Positions 26,122 through 37,168 are shown, counted from the stretch's first letter. The stretch is DNA of 64,000 nt from an uncultured Thermoleophilia bacterium (GCA_963715985.1 CAVQSP010000014.1:640001-704000), one strand, 5' to 3'. The notes: generated by a model not told the origin, from the letters alone. Numbers and translations are program-made.

Positions 26122-27779
26122 GTGACACGGTACGCATCATCCCGCTCGGCGGGCTCGGTGAGATCGGCAAGAACATGACGGCCGTCGAACATCGCGGCCG
26201 CATCGTGGTCGTCGACTGCGGCGTGGAGTTCCCGCGCGACGAGATGCTCGGCATCGACCTCGTGCTTCCCGACATCACCTGGCTGCTCGAGCGCCGCCGC
26301 GACGTGCTCGGCTTCGTCATCACGCACGGCCACGAGGATCACATCGGGGCACTCCCCTTCGTCCTCCGGCAGCTCAACCTGCCGGTGTACGCGAGCCGCT
26401 TCACGCTCGCGCTCATCAAGTCCAAGCTGGACGAGCACGGTCTCCTGCGCGTGGCCGACGTCAACGAGGTGAGCGAGACGTCGCGCTTCGACCTGGGCCC
26501 GTTCCAGGTCTCCTTCGTGGCCGCCAGCCACAGCGTGCCGGACGCGCTCTCCGTGGTGCTGGGCACGAGCCTGGGGCCCGTCGTGGTCACCGGCGACTAC
26601 AAGTTCGACCACACGCCCATCGACGGGCGCATCACCGACGTCAACACGTTCGCCAAGCTGGGGCAGGAGGGAGTGCTCGCGCTGCTCGCGGACTCCACCA
26701 ACGCCGAGACCGTCGGGTCCACGCCGTCCGAGGCCATCGTCGGCCAGGCCTTCCATCAGATCTTCGCCGAGGCGGAGGGCCGTGTCATCGTCGCCTGCTT
26801 CGCCTCGCACATCCACCGCGTGCAGCAGGCCATCCAGATCGCGCACCTTCACGGCCGCAAGTTCGCGGTGTCGGGCCGTTCGATGCAGAAGAACGTCAAC
26901 ATCGCGCGCAACCTCGGGCTCCTCAACGTCCCCGAGGGCGCCATGATCAAGCTCACGGAGATCGACGACTACCGGCCCGAGGAGGTCCTCGTGCTGGCCA
27001 CGGGCAGCCAGGGGGAGCCCCTCTCGGCGCTCACGCGCATGGCCTTCGACGACCACCCGCAGGTGGGCCTCCACGAGGGTGACACGGTCGTCATCTCGGC
27101 CACCCCCATCCCGGGCAACGAGGTCAGCGTGATGACCACGGTGAATCGCCTGCTCAAGGTCGGGGCCACGGTCATCTACGGGCGCGAGAGCGGCGTGCAC
27201 GTGTCGGGGCACGCCGCCCAGGAAGACATGCGCATGATGCTCAACCTCCTGCGCCCGCAGTACTTCGTGCCGGTGCACGGCGAGTACCGGCACCAGCACA
27301 TCCACGCCGAGCTGGCGCGGCAGTCCGGCATCGGCGACGAGTGCATCTTCATCCTCGAGAACGGCGACGTCCTCGAGATCGACGAGGACAATGCGGACAT
27401 CGTGGACAAAGTGCCCACCGGCATGGTCTTCGTGGACGGCTACGAGATCGGGGACGCCGGCGGCCTCGTGCTGCGCGACCGCCAGCAGCTCGCCGGCGAC
27501 GGCATCCTCATCGCCGTGGTCACCATCGACGGCCAGACGGGGGACACGGTGGCGCCGCCCGAGCTCGTCGCCCGCGGCTTCCTCCACGACGACGAGCGCC
27601 TCAAGGACGTGCTCGAGGAGTGCAGCACAGCGCTCGACGAGCTCATGGACGGGCTCGGCAAGGTCCACGTGACCGGCCAGCGTCTCATCAAGGAAGACAT
27701 CAAGGAGAAGCTGGCCGAGCTCGTCTACTCGAGCACGCGCCGGCGCCCTCTCATCCTGCCCGTCGTGGTCGAGGTCTGA
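26118..27779 (+). CDS. rnj: ribonuclease J
   Basis: PLGGLGEIGKN, THGHEDHIG, HVSGHA and PVHGEYRH motifs. Confidence 0.96.
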   Translation: MSDTVRIIPLGGLGEIGKNMTAVEHRGRIVVVDCGVEFPRDEMLGIDLVLPDITWLLERRRDVLGFVITHGHEDHIGALPFVLRQLNLPVYASRFTLALIKSKLDEHGLLRVADVNEVSETSRFDLGPFQVSFVAASHSVPDALSVVLGTSLGPVVVTGDYKFDHTPIDGRITDVNTFAKLGQEGVLALLADSTNAETVGSTPSEAIVGQAFHQIFAEAEGRVIVACFASHIHRVQQAIQIAHLHGRKFAVSGRSMQKNVNIARNLGLLNVPEGAMIKLTEIDDYRPEEVLVLATGSQGEPLSALTRMAFDDHPQVGLHEGDTVVISATPIPGNEVSVMTTVNRLLKVGATVIYGRESGVHVSGHAAQEDMRMMLNLLRPQYFVPVHGEYRHQHIHAELARQSGIGDECIFILENGDVLEIDEDNADIVDKVPTGMVFVDGYEIGDAGGLVLRDRQQLAGDGILIAVVTIDGQTGDTVAPPELVARGFLHDDERLKDVLEECSTALDELMDGLGKVHVTGQRLIKEDIKEKLAELVYSSTRRRPLILPVVVEV

Positions 27780-27824
27780 CCGGACCCACCTAGGGATTCT
27801 CGCGCGCGCGTGGAATAAGCCTCC

Positions 27825-30305
27825 ATGGCGACTGCACGCCCTAAGCCGGCCAGGAGGCGCGCGGGCGCCGCGACCCGCTCGCGGGCGCGCGCCGCCCGTC
27901 CGGCACCACGTCCCAAACCCACGTCGTCAGGTCACGGCCGCGAGCTCGCGGCCATCGCCTGCGTGGCGGTCGCCGTCTTCCTCGCCCTCGTGATCTACCT
28001 CGGCTTCGACGGCGGGGCGCTCGGCCGCTGGGTGGGCGGGTTTGCGCGCTGGCTGGTCGGCCTGCTCGTGTTCGCGCTGCCTCTGCTGCTCTGTTTCGCC
28101 GCCTACGTCCTCCTGGCGCGCGGGGAGCAGCGCCCGCGGCGCGGCCTCACCTGGGGCCTCGGACTGGTGGTGGCCGCGTTCCTGCTCGCCGCCGCGGCCG
28201 ACGCCTTCGGCATCTTCTCCGGCGAACGCCCGGAGAAGCTGTTCCGCGACACCTACATGACCGCGCACGGCGGCCTCTCCGGCGAAGCGCTGTGGGCGCT
28301 CACACACCGCGTCATCGGCCGCGTCGGCGTCGACGTCCTCGTGCTGGCCCTGCTCGTCGCCGGCGTACTCCTCATCACCGGGTCCTCGCTGCGCCAGTGG
28401 GCGGGCGGGTCGCGCCGCGGCGTCGCCGCGGCCGGTCGGGCCGCGCGCAGCCAGGCGGAGTCGCTCGGGGCGCGGCGCCGCGACGCCGCCGCCACGCGCA
28501 TCGTCGAGCCGGGTGAGGACCTCACCATGAACGGCTCCGAGCAGGTCCGCACGGCGGTCACGCCCATGACGGGGTATGGCCCGTCCGTAAGCACGCACAC
28601 GCCCCATCTCATCGACGGCGTGCTCACGGCGCCGGAGATCTTCGGCGAGCCGGGCTCGGCGTTTCCGGCCGCCTCCCGCTCCGCCGAACCGGTCGCCGAG
28701 CCCGACCTCGGCCCTCACGACACGGCCGACCCGGGCGAGCAGCTCACGCTCGGCGACGCCGGTGCTGCCGAGCCGGAGGCGCGCGACGCCGCCATCGCCT
28801 TCCACGAGGCCGAGAAGCGCCGCTGGGTGCTGCCCGACCCGTCCCTGCTGCAGCGCCTCGGCCAGACCACCGGCGAGTCACCCGAGGCCATCGGGCAGGT
28901 CTCCCAGCGCCTCGTCGAGACGCTCGGTCACTTCGGCGTCACCGCGCACGTGATCGGCACGGTCTCCGGGCCGCGCGTGACCCGCTACGAGCTGCAGCTC
29001 GCGCCCGGCATCAAGGTCAGCCGCGTCTCGTCGCTCAAGGACGATCTGGCCTACGCGCTCGCGGCCACGGACATCCGCGTACAGGCGCCGATCCCCGGCA
29101 AGCAGGCCGTGGGCGTGGAGGTGCCCAACCTCGAGGCCAACTACGTGTCCCTCGGCGACATCCACGGCCTCTTCCCGCCGCACGCCTCGCCGATGGCGTT
29201 CTGGCTGGGCAAGGACGTCTCCGGCAAGGCCGTGCTCGCCGACCTCGTGCCCATGGTGCACCTGCTGGTCGCGGGCACCACCGGCTCGGGCAAGAGCGGA
29301 TGTCTGAACGCGCTCATCAGCTCCATCCTGCTGCGCGCCACGCCGGAACAGGTCCGCATGATCATGATCGACCCCAAGAAGGTGGAGCTGAGCGCCTTCG
29401 AGGGGGTTCCGCACCTGCTCGCCCCGGTGATCACCAATCCCAAGCAGGCCACGTATGCGCTGGACAACCTCTGTCGCGAGATGGACCGGCGCTACGAGGT
29501 GCTGTCGCGCAACGGCTGCCAGCACATCCGCGCCCTCAACAAGAAGCTGGAGCGTGCCGGCGAGGACATCATGCCGTACGTCATGGTCATCGTGGACGAG
29601 CTGGCCGACCTCATGATGGCCGCGCCCTCCGAGGTGGAGGACTCCATCATCCGCCTCGGCCAGCTCGGCCGCAGCTGCGGCATCCACCTCGTGGTCGCCA
29701 CGCAGCGGCCCTCCGTGGACGTCGTCACCGGCATGATCAAGACCAACATCCCGTCGCGCATCGCGTTCGCGGTCGCCTCACAGACCGATTCGCGCATCAT
29801 CCTCGACCAGGGCGGAGCCGAAAGCCTCCTCGGCATGGGCGACATGCTCTTCAGCCCGCTCGGCCACAACCGCGTGCTGCGCGTGCAGGGCGCCCTCATC
29901 ACCGCCCACGAGATGAAGCTGCTCACCGAGCACTGGCGGCGGCAGGCCAAGCCCGAGTTCCGCGAGGACCTGCTCGAGAACCCGGCCGGGCCGGACGCCG
30001 AGCAGCAGGCGCAGGCCTCCGGCGGCGACGAGCTCCTCGGCGAGGCTATCAAGACCGTCGTCATGACCGGCGCCGCCTCGGTGGCCCTGCTGCAGCGGCG
30101 CCTGCGCGTCGGGTATGCGCGCGCCGGCCGTCTCATCGACATCATGGAGGAGATGGGCATCATCTCCGGCTACGACGGGAGCAAGGCGCGCGCGGTCCTC
30201 ATCGACGAGGGCGGGCTGCAGGCGGCACTTGCGCGCGTGCGCGGCGACGATGAGGTGCTCGTCGCCGCGACCGAACCCACCGAGGAGCCGCCCGCGGAGG
30301 CCTGA
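27825..30305 (+). CDS. ftsK: DNA translocase FtsK
   Basis: N-terminal TM segments; AGTTGSGKS, DELADLM and ATQRPS motifs; gamma domain LQRRLRVGYARA. Confidence 0.95.
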   Translation: MATARPKPARRRAGAATRSRARAARPAPRPKPTSSGHGRELAAIACVAVAVFLALVIYLGFDGGALGRWVGGFARWLVGLLVFALPLLLCFAAYVLLARGEQRPRRGLTWGLGLVVAAFLLAAAADAFGIFSGERPEKLFRDTYMTAHGGLSGEALWALTHRVIGRVGVDVLVLALLVAGVLLITGSSLRQWAGGSRRGVAAAGRAARSQAESLGARRRDAAATRIVEPGEDLTMNGSEQVRTAVTPMTGYGPSVSTHTPHLIDGVLTAPEIFGEPGSAFPAASRSAEPVAEPDLGPHDTADPGEQLTLGDAGAAEPEARDAAIAFHEAEKRRWVLPDPSLLQRLGQTTGESPEAIGQVSQRLVETLGHFGVTAHVIGTVSGPRVTRYELQLAPGIKVSRVSSLKDDLAYALAATDIRVQAPIPGKQAVGVEVPNLEANYVSLGDIHGLFPPHASPMAFWLGKDVSGKAVLADLVPMVHLLVAGTTGSGKSGCLNALISSILLRATPEQVRMIMIDPKKVELSAFEGVPHLLAPVITNPKQATYALDNLCREMDRRYEVLSRNGCQHIRALNKKLERAGEDIMPYVMVIVDELADLMMAAPSEVEDSIIRLGQLGRSCGIHLVVATQRPSVDVVTGMIKTNIPSRIAFAVASQTDSRIILDQGGAESLLGMGDMLFSPLGHNRVLRVQGALITAHEMKLLTEHWRRQAKPEFREDLLENPAGPDAEQQAQASGGDELLGEAIKTVVMTGAASVALLQRRLRVGYARAGRLIDIMEEMGIISGYDGSKARAVLIDEGGLQAALARVRGDDEVLVAATEPTEEPPAEA

Positions 30306-30418
30306 GCCGGGCCGCCCTGCGGGCGCCGGGCGGGTTTGTCTATCCCCGATGCCCTGACTAGACTGTACGTTCGGGCGTCGCCCCGCTCGCCCGCACCACC
30401 GAGGAGAAGGCCACCCAC

Positions 30419-31186
30419 GTGTTCGAGATCGGCAGCACCCTGCGCGAAGCCCGTGTCCGCCGCAGCCTCACCCTGCAGCAGGTCGAGGAGGACACGAAGA
30501 TCCGCGTCAAGTACGTGCAGGCGATGGAGAACGAGGACTTCGACATCATGCCTGGGCCCACGTACGTCAAGGGCTTCCTGCGCACGTACTCGGAGTATCT
30601 GGGCCTCGACCCGGAGGTCATCATCGGAGAGTACCGCTCCCGCGAAGGGCGCACGAGCAGCCGCGTCCACGAGGAGCCGTTCGGCGGCGTGTCCACGCTG
30701 GGCCGGCCGCGCAGCCACCGGGGCCGCAACACCATCGTCTTCATCGCCGTCATCTGCCTGCTGGTACTGGGCGTGATCTGGATCCTCGGCAGGAACGGGC
30801 CGGACGAGACGCCGTCCACCGAGCCGGGCGCGCTGGGCCTCACGAGTCCGTCTCCTTCGGCGACACCTACTCCCACACCGACGCCGAGTGCCACGGCGGC
30901 GGACGTGCGCGACATCGTCAAGATCACCGCCAAGGACGGTGACTGCTGGATGGACGTCCGCCGGGACGGCCCCAGCGGGCTGGCGCTCTTCACGGGCACC
31001 GTCAAGCAGGGCGACCGCAAGAAGTTCAAGGGCAAGCACCTGTGGATGAGCCTCGGCAACCCCGTGGCTGTCCAGCTCATCGCCGGCGGCAAGAAGGTCA
31101 AGCTCAAGAGCGACGTCGGGCCGTGGCCGGTGGAGGTCATCAAGGGACGCGTGCTTCAGGGCACACAGACGCAGGGGGCACCATGA
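30419..31186 (+). CDS. rodZ: RodZ-like HTH membrane protein (DUF4115-type C-terminus)
   Basis: IGSTLREAR and YVKGFLRTY..YLGLD; single TM; follows ftsK. Confidence 0.8.
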   Translation: MFEIGSTLREARVRRSLTLQQVEEDTKIRVKYVQAMENEDFDIMPGPTYVKGFLRTYSEYLGLDPEVIIGEYRSREGRTSSRVHEEPFGGVSTLGRPRSHRGRNTIVFIAVICLLVLGVIWILGRNGPDETPSTEPGALGLTSPSPSATPTPTPTPSATAADVRDIVKITAKDGDCWMDVRRDGPSGLALFTGTVKQGDRKKFKGKHLWMSLGNPVAVQLIAGGKKVKLKSDVGPWPVEVIKGRVLQGTQTQGAP

Positions 31187-31674
31187 GCAAGGAATCGTCG
31201 TTCGACGTCGTCTCCCGGGCCGACATCAACGAGGTGCGCAACGCCGTGAACATGGCGCAGAAGGAGATCGCCACGCGCTACGACTTCAAGAAGAGCGTCA
31301 GCGCGATCACGATAGAGGGCGGGGAGCTGGTGCTCGTCTCGGACAACGAGGGCAAGCTTCGCCAGGTCGTGGAAGTCCTGGAGGAGAAGCTCGTGCGCCG
31401 CAAGGTGCCGCTGAAGGCCATCCAGTACGGCAAGATAGAGGAGGCGCTGGGAGGCACCGTGCGCCAGCACGCACCCATCGCCCAGGGCATCCCCGACGAC
31501 AAGATCAAGGCCATGAACAAGCTCCTGCGCCAGCGTTTCAAGAAGGTGAAAGTGCAGATCCAGGGCGACACGCTGCGCGTCTTCTCGGCCAGCAAGGACG
31601 AGCTCCAGTCCGCCATGGGCGCGCTGCGCGACGAAGACTGGGGCATCCCGCTCCAGTTCGTCAACTACCGCTGA
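31183..31674 (+). CDS. yajQ: YajQ family nucleotide-binding protein
   Basis: SFDVVS, RYDFK, QIQGDTLRV and LQFVNYR motifs. Confidence 0.93.
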   Translation: MSKESSFDVVSRADINEVRNAVNMAQKEIATRYDFKKSVSAITIEGGELVLVSDNEGKLRQVVEVLEEKLVRRKVPLKAIQYGKIEEALGGTVRQHAPIAQGIPDDKIKAMNKLLRQRFKKVKVQIQGDTLRVFSASKDELQSAMGALRDEDWGIPLQFVNYR

Positions 31675-32987
31675 GGTCGGGAACGGGCGCCGGGTTCTTC
31701 ATCCAGACGCTCGGCTGCCCCAAGAACGAGGCCGACTCCGACGCGCTCGCCCGGCGCCTGCGGGCGGCCGGGCACCACGAGACCCAGCCCGGCCGTGCCG
31801 ACTTCGTCGTCGTCAACACCTGCGGGTTCATCGACGCCGCCAAGGAGGAGTCCATCGAGGCGCTCCTCGACGCCGCCGAGGTGGCGCACGCTCACGGCGC
31901 GCGCGTGGCCGCGGTCGGCTGCCTGGTCGAGCGGCATCGGGAGGAGCTCGCGCGCGAACTGCCGGAGGTCGATCTCTGGTGCGGCCTGGACATGGCGCCG
32001 CTCCTCGCGGCACTGAGGAGATCGGCAGGAGTCGAGATAGAGGGCGGGGGAGAGGCGGCCTTCGTGCCCGTACCGCGGCGACCTCGCCCCGTGAGCAGCT
32101 ACGTCAAGATCTCCGACGGCTGCGACCGACGGTGCGCGTTCTGCGCGATCCCGCTGATCAAGGGCGACTACGAGATCGTGCCGTCCACCGAAGTGCTGCG
32201 CACGGCCCGTGCGGCGCTGGCGGCGGGGGCGCGGGAGCTCGTGCTCGTTGGACAGGACACGTCGCGCTGGTCGGAGCCCGGGTGGGGCGGACTTCAGCGA
32301 CTGCTCGCAGCCCTCGCGGCTCTGGAGCCGCCCCCGGCCTGGCTGCGCCTCCTGTACCTCCAGCCTGAAGGCGTGGACGCCGGGCTTCTGGAGGCGCTGG
32401 CGCGGTTCGCCGTGCCCTACGTGGACGTGCCGCTGCAGCACGCGTCGCGGGCCGTGCTTCGGCGCATGGATCGAAGCGGCGACGGGCAGTCGCATCTGGC
32501 GTTGCTCGAGCGAGTGCGCGCTGCCCTCCCCGGCGTGGCGGTGCGCAGCACGTTCATCTCGGGCTTTCCCGGTGAGACGGACGCCGATCACGAGGAGCTC
32601 CTGGCCTTCGTGCGTGAGGCCGGGCTCGCGGCCGCCGGAGTGTTCGCCTTCGACGCCCAGGAGGGCACGCCGGCGGCCACCCTCCCAGACCAGGTCCCGG
32701 CGGCGCTCGCCTTCGAGCGCGCCGCCGAGCTGGGGAGCGCCATCGACGGTGAGGCGGCCCGCTTCTGGGCCGCGCTGGCCGGGCGACCGCTCGACGTGCT
32801 GGTGGAGCGCGGCGCCTCGCGCGCCGATGGCGTGAGCGTCGGCAGGTGCGCCCTGCAGGCGCCGGACATCGACGGCCGCACCTTCCTCAGCGGCGTGAAG
32901 GCTCGACGCGGGGAGCTGATCCACGCCGTCGCCGTCGAGGGCGTCGGATATGATGTGGAGGCCGTCGTACGGAGCCCTCACGCATGA
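31671..32987 (+). CDS. rimO: ribosomal protein S12 methylthiotransferase; probable CTG start overlapping the yajQ stop
   Basis: TLGCPKNE.DS and VNTCGFI lie upstream of the ORF-track start; CDRRCAFC radical-SAM motif; APDIDG. Confidence 0.9.
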   Translation: MRSGTGAGFFIQTLGCPKNEADSDALARRLRAAGHHETQPGRADFVVVNTCGFIDAAKEESIEALLDAAEVAHAHGARVAAVGCLVERHREELARELPEVDLWCGLDMAPLLAALRRSAGVEIEGGGEAAFVPVPRRPRPVSSYVKISDGCDRRCAFCAIPLIKGDYEIVPSTEVLRTARAALAAGARELVLVGQDTSRWSEPGWGGLQRLLAALAALEPPPAWLRLLYLQPEGVDAGLLEALARFAVPYVDVPLQHASRAVLRRMDRSGDGQSHLALLERVRAALPGVAVRSTFISGFPGETDADHEELLAFVREAGLAAAGVFAFDAQEGTPAATLPDQVPAALAFERAAELGSAIDGEAARFWAALAGRPLDVLVERGASRADGVSVGRCALQAPDIDGRTFLSGVKARRGELIHAVAVEGVGYDVEAVVRSPHA

Positions 32988-33622
32988 CCAGCCAGCTGAA
33001 CCTCGCCAACAGCATCACCATCGCCAGGATGCTCCTCATCCCGGTGTTCCTCGTGCTGCTTCTCGGTGGTCTTCCTGAGCCCTACGGAGACATCGCGGCG
33101 GCGGCCGTCTTCATCCTCGCCGCCGCCACGGACAAGCTCGACGGCTACGTGGCCCGCCGCAGCAAGCAGATCACCACCCTGGGGCAGTTCCTCGACCCGC
33201 TGGCGGACAAGCTGCTCATCGCCGCGGCGCTCATCGCCCTCGTCAGCCAGGACCGCATCTCCGCGTGGGTCGCCATGCTCATCATCGGCCGCGAGGTCGC
33301 CGTGAGCGTGCTGCGCATCGTCGGCGTCTCGCAGGGCGTCTCCATCCCGGCCGACAAGTACGGCAAGCTCAAGACGGTGCTGCAGATCATCTACGTCGTG
33401 TACGTGCTCATCCCCACGGACAGCATCGCCGACTTCATCAACGTCTCCACCGACGTCGCCACCGTCATCCAGTGGGTGCTCGCGGGGGTGGTTGTCATCG
33501 TCACGCTCGCCTCCGGCGTGCGGTACTTCATGAACGCCAGGGGCGTCATTCGCATGCCCGGCAGCTCCCCCAAGGTGGAGTCACCCCCCGAGGAGCCCGA
33601 GCAGCCCGACGATGAGTGGTGA
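32984..33622 (+). CDS. pgsA: CDP-diacylglycerol--glycerol-3-phosphate 3-phosphatidyltransferase
   Basis: TDKLDGYVAR...GQFLDPLADK CDP-alcohol phosphotransferase motif. Confidence 0.92.
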   Translation: MTSQLNLANSITIARMLLIPVFLVLLLGGLPEPYGDIAAAAVFILAAATDKLDGYVARRSKQITTLGQFLDPLADKLLIAAALIALVSQDRISAWVAMLIIGREVAVSVLRIVGVSQGVSIPADKYGKLKTVLQIIYVVYVLIPTDSIADFINVSTDVATVIQWVLAGVVVIVTLASGVRYFMNARGVIRMPGSSPKVESPPEEPEQPDDEW

Positions 33623-34862
33623 CCTGCCCCGCGCGGCCGTCGTCCTCAGCGGCAACGAGCTGCTCGACGGCCGCACGCGCGACACCAACGGAGTCCTCCT
33701 CAGCGCGGACCTGAGCGCGCGCGGCGTCAAGGTCACGAGCGTGCTCACGGTGGCCGACGACGCCGAGCGGCTCACGGCCGCCCTCCGCTACAGCCTGCAG
33801 GCCGCGCCCGATCTGCTTGTCGTCGGCGGCGGCCTCGGCACCACGCACGACGACCTCACGGCCGCGTGCCTCGCCGAGGCTCTGGGCGTGGAGCTTCGCG
33901 AAGACGGGCGGGCGCTCGCCATGCTGGAGGAGCGCGTCCGCCTGGTGGCCAAGCGCCGGCACCAGGACTTCGACGCCGTCTTCCCTCTCGCCCGACGCCA
34001 GGCACGGCTTCCCGTGGGCGCTCGGCCCGTGCCTCCGGCCGGCGTGGCCCCCGGCATCGCCGCCCGCAGCGGCGTCACCCGCATCTTCGCCTTCCCGGGA
34101 GTGCCCTTCGAGTTCGAGCGCATGTGGAGCGAGGTAGCCGCGGACCTCGAGGGCGAGGGGTTCTTTCCGGACGCGGTCGTCCGTGTCGTGCGCGTCTTCG
34201 GGGTCGGGGAGTTGCAGGTCGGTCCCGTGCTCGACGCCTGCGAGCACGGTCTGCTGGAGACCGGCATCAACGTCGGCGGGGGAGAGGTCACCGTGCGGCT
34301 GCGCTACCGTCGGGACCCCGCCGCGGAGGCGCAGGCGGCGGCCGTGTTGACGGCGCTACAGGCCGCGGTCCCGGTGTTCAGCATCGACGGCCGCACCGTG
34401 GACGACCTCGTCGCCGACGGCCTCCGCGCCGGCGGCCGTACCGTGGCCGTGGCCGAGTCCTGCACGGGCGGCCTCCTGGGCGAGCGCCTCACGCGCCGTG
34501 CCGGAGCGTCGGACTACTTCCTCGGCGGCGTCATCAGCTACTCCAACCAGGTGAAGATGGACCTGCTGGACGTGCCGCCGGGCATGCTGGCGCAGTACGG
34601 CGCCGTGTCGGAAGAGGTGGCCGGCGCCATGGCCGAAGGCGCGCGGGCGGCCACTCGCGCCGACTACGCCCTGGCCGTCACGGGCGTCGCCGGCCCCGAC
34701 GGCGGTACAGACGAGAAGCCGGTCGGCCTGGTCTACGTGGGCTGTGCCGGGCCGGAGGGCACGCGCGTGGTCCGCGGGCAGTACCCCGGCGACCGCGCCA
34801 CGGTGCGCGAGTTCAGCTGCGCAGCCGCGCTCCACCTGCTGCGCGACGCGCTCGGGCCGTGA
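33612..34862 (+). CDS. cinA: competence/damage-inducible CinA (NMN deamidase)
   Basis: GNELLDG..DTN, AESCTGG and TGVAGP motifs. Confidence 0.92.
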   Translation: MSGDLPRAAVVLSGNELLDGRTRDTNGVLLSADLSARGVKVTSVLTVADDAERLTAALRYSLQAAPDLLVVGGGLGTTHDDLTAACLAEALGVELREDGRALAMLEERVRLVAKRRHQDFDAVFPLARRQARLPVGARPVPPAGVAPGIAARSGVTRIFAFPGVPFEFERMWSEVAADLEGEGFFPDAVVRVVRVFGVGELQVGPVLDACEHGLLETGINVGGGEVTVRLRYRRDPAAEAQAAAVLTALQAAVPVFSIDGRTVDDLVADGLRAGGRTVAVAESCTGGLLGERLTRRAGASDYFLGGVISYSNQVKMDLLDVPPGMLAQYGAVSEEVAGAMAEGARAATRADYALAVTGVAGPDGGTDEKPVGLVYVGCAGPEGTRVVRGQYPGDRATVREFSCAAALHLLRDALGP

Positions 34863-35413
34863 GCGGCCCCCCCGCTGGACCGTCTCTGCGGCTGTTCGTC
34901 GCCGCCGAGCTCCCTTGGGAGACCCTGCGGCGCGTCGAAGACTGGCAACAGAAGGTCCTCGCGCCTGTCGAGGCCCTCCGCCTCAACCACGCGCTTCATC
35001 TCACGCTGGCGTTTCTCGGCGACGTGCCGCGCAAACGCGTGGACGATCTCGTGGAGGCACTGGCAGGCGTGCCTGTGGAGCCCAGTCCAATAGCGGGTGT
35101 CGACGTCCTCTTCCTGCCCGGGAAGGGTCCCAAGCGGGTCGTGGCCCTCGCGCTCGCCGACCGCGACGGACGGTTGGCGCGGCTCCAGGCGGACGTGAGC
35201 CGCGCCCTGGCGGGCACGGGGGTGTACGAGCCGCCCCGAAGGCCTTGGCTGCCCCACGTCACCGTGGCCAGATTCCGCCGTCCCGGTCACCCGTTTTCCC
35301 TGCAAAATGTGAACATCCCGGAGTTTTGTGTCGTCCGGACCGTCTTGTATAGTAGCCTCCTGGAGAGGGCCGGTGCCGTGCACACTCCCTTGGCAGTCTT
35401 TCCCGCATCCTGA
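34859..35413 (+). CDS. thpR: RNA 2',3'-cyclic phosphodiesterase
   Basis: RLFVA and two HxT motifs ([15 protein letters not shown]). Confidence 0.88.
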   Translation: MSGPPAGPSLRLFVAAELPWETLRRVEDWQQKVLAPVEALRLNHALHLTLAFLGDVPRKRVDDLVEALAGVPVEPSPIAGVDVLFLPGKGPKRVVALALADRDGRLARLQADVSRALAGTGVYEPPRRPWLPHVTVARFRRPGHPFSLQNVNIPEFCVVRTVLYSSLLERAGAVHTPLAVFPAS

Positions 35414-35432
35414 GCACGAGAGGAGCGCCACC

Positions 35433-36515
35433 TTGGACAAGGACAAAGCCCTCGAGGCGGCCGTCACACAGATCGAACGACAGTTCGGCAAGGGCAGCGT
35501 CATGCGCCTGGGCGACCACCCCGTGAGCGACGACATGCTGTTCGTGCCCACAGGCTCGCTGGCCCTCGACATCGCCCTCGGCGTGGGGGGCATCCCCCGC
35601 GGCCGCATCATCGAGATCTTCGGCCCCGAGTCGTCGGGCAAGACCACCATGGTCTACCACCTCATCGCTCAGGCGCAGCGCCTGGGCGGCACCGCCGCGT
35701 TCATCGATGCCGAGCACGCCATGGATCCCATCTACGCCAAGGCCATCGGCGTCGACGTCGACAACCTGCTGGTCTCGCAGCCCGACTACGGTGAGCAGGC
35801 CCTGGAGATCGCCGAGATGCTGGTGCGCAGCGGCGCCCTCGACATCGTCGCCATCGACTCCGTCGCCGCCCTCACCCCCAAAGCCGAGATCGAGGGGGAG
35901 ATGGGCGACAGCTTCGTCGGCCTGCAGGCCCGTCTCATGAGCCAGGCGCTGCGCAAGCTGGCCGGCACGCTCAACCGCTCCGGCACCATCTGCTGCTTCA
36001 CCAACCAGCTGCGCGAGAAGATCGGCGTCATGTTCGGCAATCCGGAGGTCACCACCGGCGGCAAGGCGCTCAAGTTCTACGCCACCGTCCGCCTCGACAT
36101 CCGCCGCATCGAGACGCTCAAGGACGGCACCGAGGCCGTCGGCAACCGTGTCCGCGTCAAGGTGGTCAAGAACAAGGTCGCTCCGCCCTTCAAGCAAGCC
36201 GAGTTCGACATCATGTACGGGCAGGGCATCTCGCGTGAGGGCACGCTCCTCGACCTCGGCGTGCAGTACGACGTCGTCGCCAAGAGCGGCGCCTTCTTCA
36301 GCTACAACGACGAGCGCCTCGGGCAGGGCCGCGCCAACGCCAAGGTCTTCCTCAAGGAGAACCCGGACATGGCCGACGCCATCGAGGCGCTGATCCGCGA
36401 GAAGGCCGGGCTGCCCGTCGCAGCCGCCGTACCGGGCGCAGCGGCCGTCGCCGCGGCGGCCGCTCCCGCCGCCGAGCCGGCGGCCGTGGACCCGGTGACC
36501 GGCGAGGTCCTCTAG
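35433..36515 (+). CDS. recA: recombinase A
   Basis: [26 protein letters not shown] and [11 protein letters not shown] motifs; ends CTC-TAG. Confidence 0.98.
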   Translation: MDKDKALEAAVTQIERQFGKGSVMRLGDHPVSDDMLFVPTGSLALDIALGVGGIPRGRIIEIFGPESSGKTTMVYHLIAQAQRLGGTAAFIDAEHAMDPIYAKAIGVDVDNLLVSQPDYGEQALEIAEMLVRSGALDIVAIDSVAALTPKAEIEGEMGDSFVGLQARLMSQALRKLAGTLNRSGTICCFTNQLREKIGVMFGNPEVTTGGKALKFYATVRLDIRRIETLKDGTEAVGNRVRVKVVKNKVAPPFKQAEFDIMYGQGISREGTLLDLGVQYDVVAKSGAFFSYNDERLGQGRANAKVFLKENPDMADAIEALIREKAGLPVAAAVPGAAAVAAAAAPAAEPAAVDPVTGEVL

Positions 36516-36526
36516 CTTCTCGTCCA

Positions 36527-37168
36527 ATGCCGGTCGTCACGGCGCTGCGCGCCACGCGGCGCGGCCGCGTCGCCGTCCACGTGGACGGCGAGTTCGTCTG
36601 CGCCGTGAGCGACGCGCTCGTCGCCCGCTGGCGCCTCCACACGGGCCGCGAGCTGGACGCCGAGGCCGTCGAGCAGCTGCGCGTGCACGCGTCTTTCGAG
36701 CTCGCGCTGGCCGACGCGTACCGGCTGCTCGGCCACCGCTCCCGCAGCCGCGAGGAGCTTCGCCGGCGGCTGCTGCAGAAGGAGCATGCTGCGGAGGCCG
36801 TGTCGGCCGCGCTCGAAGTCCTCGCCGCCGACGGCTTCGTCGACGACGCGCAGTTCGCGCGCAGCTACGTGGCCGACAAGCGCCGCCTCGCCGGCTGGGG
36901 CGGCGAGCGCATCCGCCTGGGGCTGGTCGCACTCGGCGTGGATCGGGCGACCGTCGACGCCGCGCTGGGCGGCGCCGCCGAAGGAGCCCCGGACGACGAG
37001 CTCGAGCGCGCCGTCGCCGTCCTCAGCCGCAAAGGCGCGCCTCATCCGCCGCTCGACGCGGCCCGGCGGCGCGCCTACCAGGCCCTGCTGCGCCGCGGGT
37101 TCGCCTCCGCCGTGGCCTACGCCGCGGTGCGTCGCTGGAGTGGGGGAGAGGGCGGCGACGCCGACTGA
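36527..37168 (+). CDS. recX: regulatory protein RecX
   Basis: RSREELRRRL, DDAQFA and LLRRGF motifs; follows recA. Confidence 0.9.
   Translation: MPVVTALRATRRGRVAVHVDGEFVCAVSDALVARWRLHTGRELDAEAVEQLRVHASFELALADAYRLLGHRSRSREELRRRLLQKEHAAEAVSAALEVLAADGFVDDAQFARSYVADKRRLAGWGGERIRLGLVALGVDRATVDAALGGAAEGAPDDELERAVAVLSRKGAPHPPLDAARRRAYQALLRRGFASAVAYAAVRRWSGGEGGDAD

Noticed and set aside
35290-35432. LexA/SOS box upstream of recA
   Set aside because: No good match to GAAC-N4-GTTC was found.
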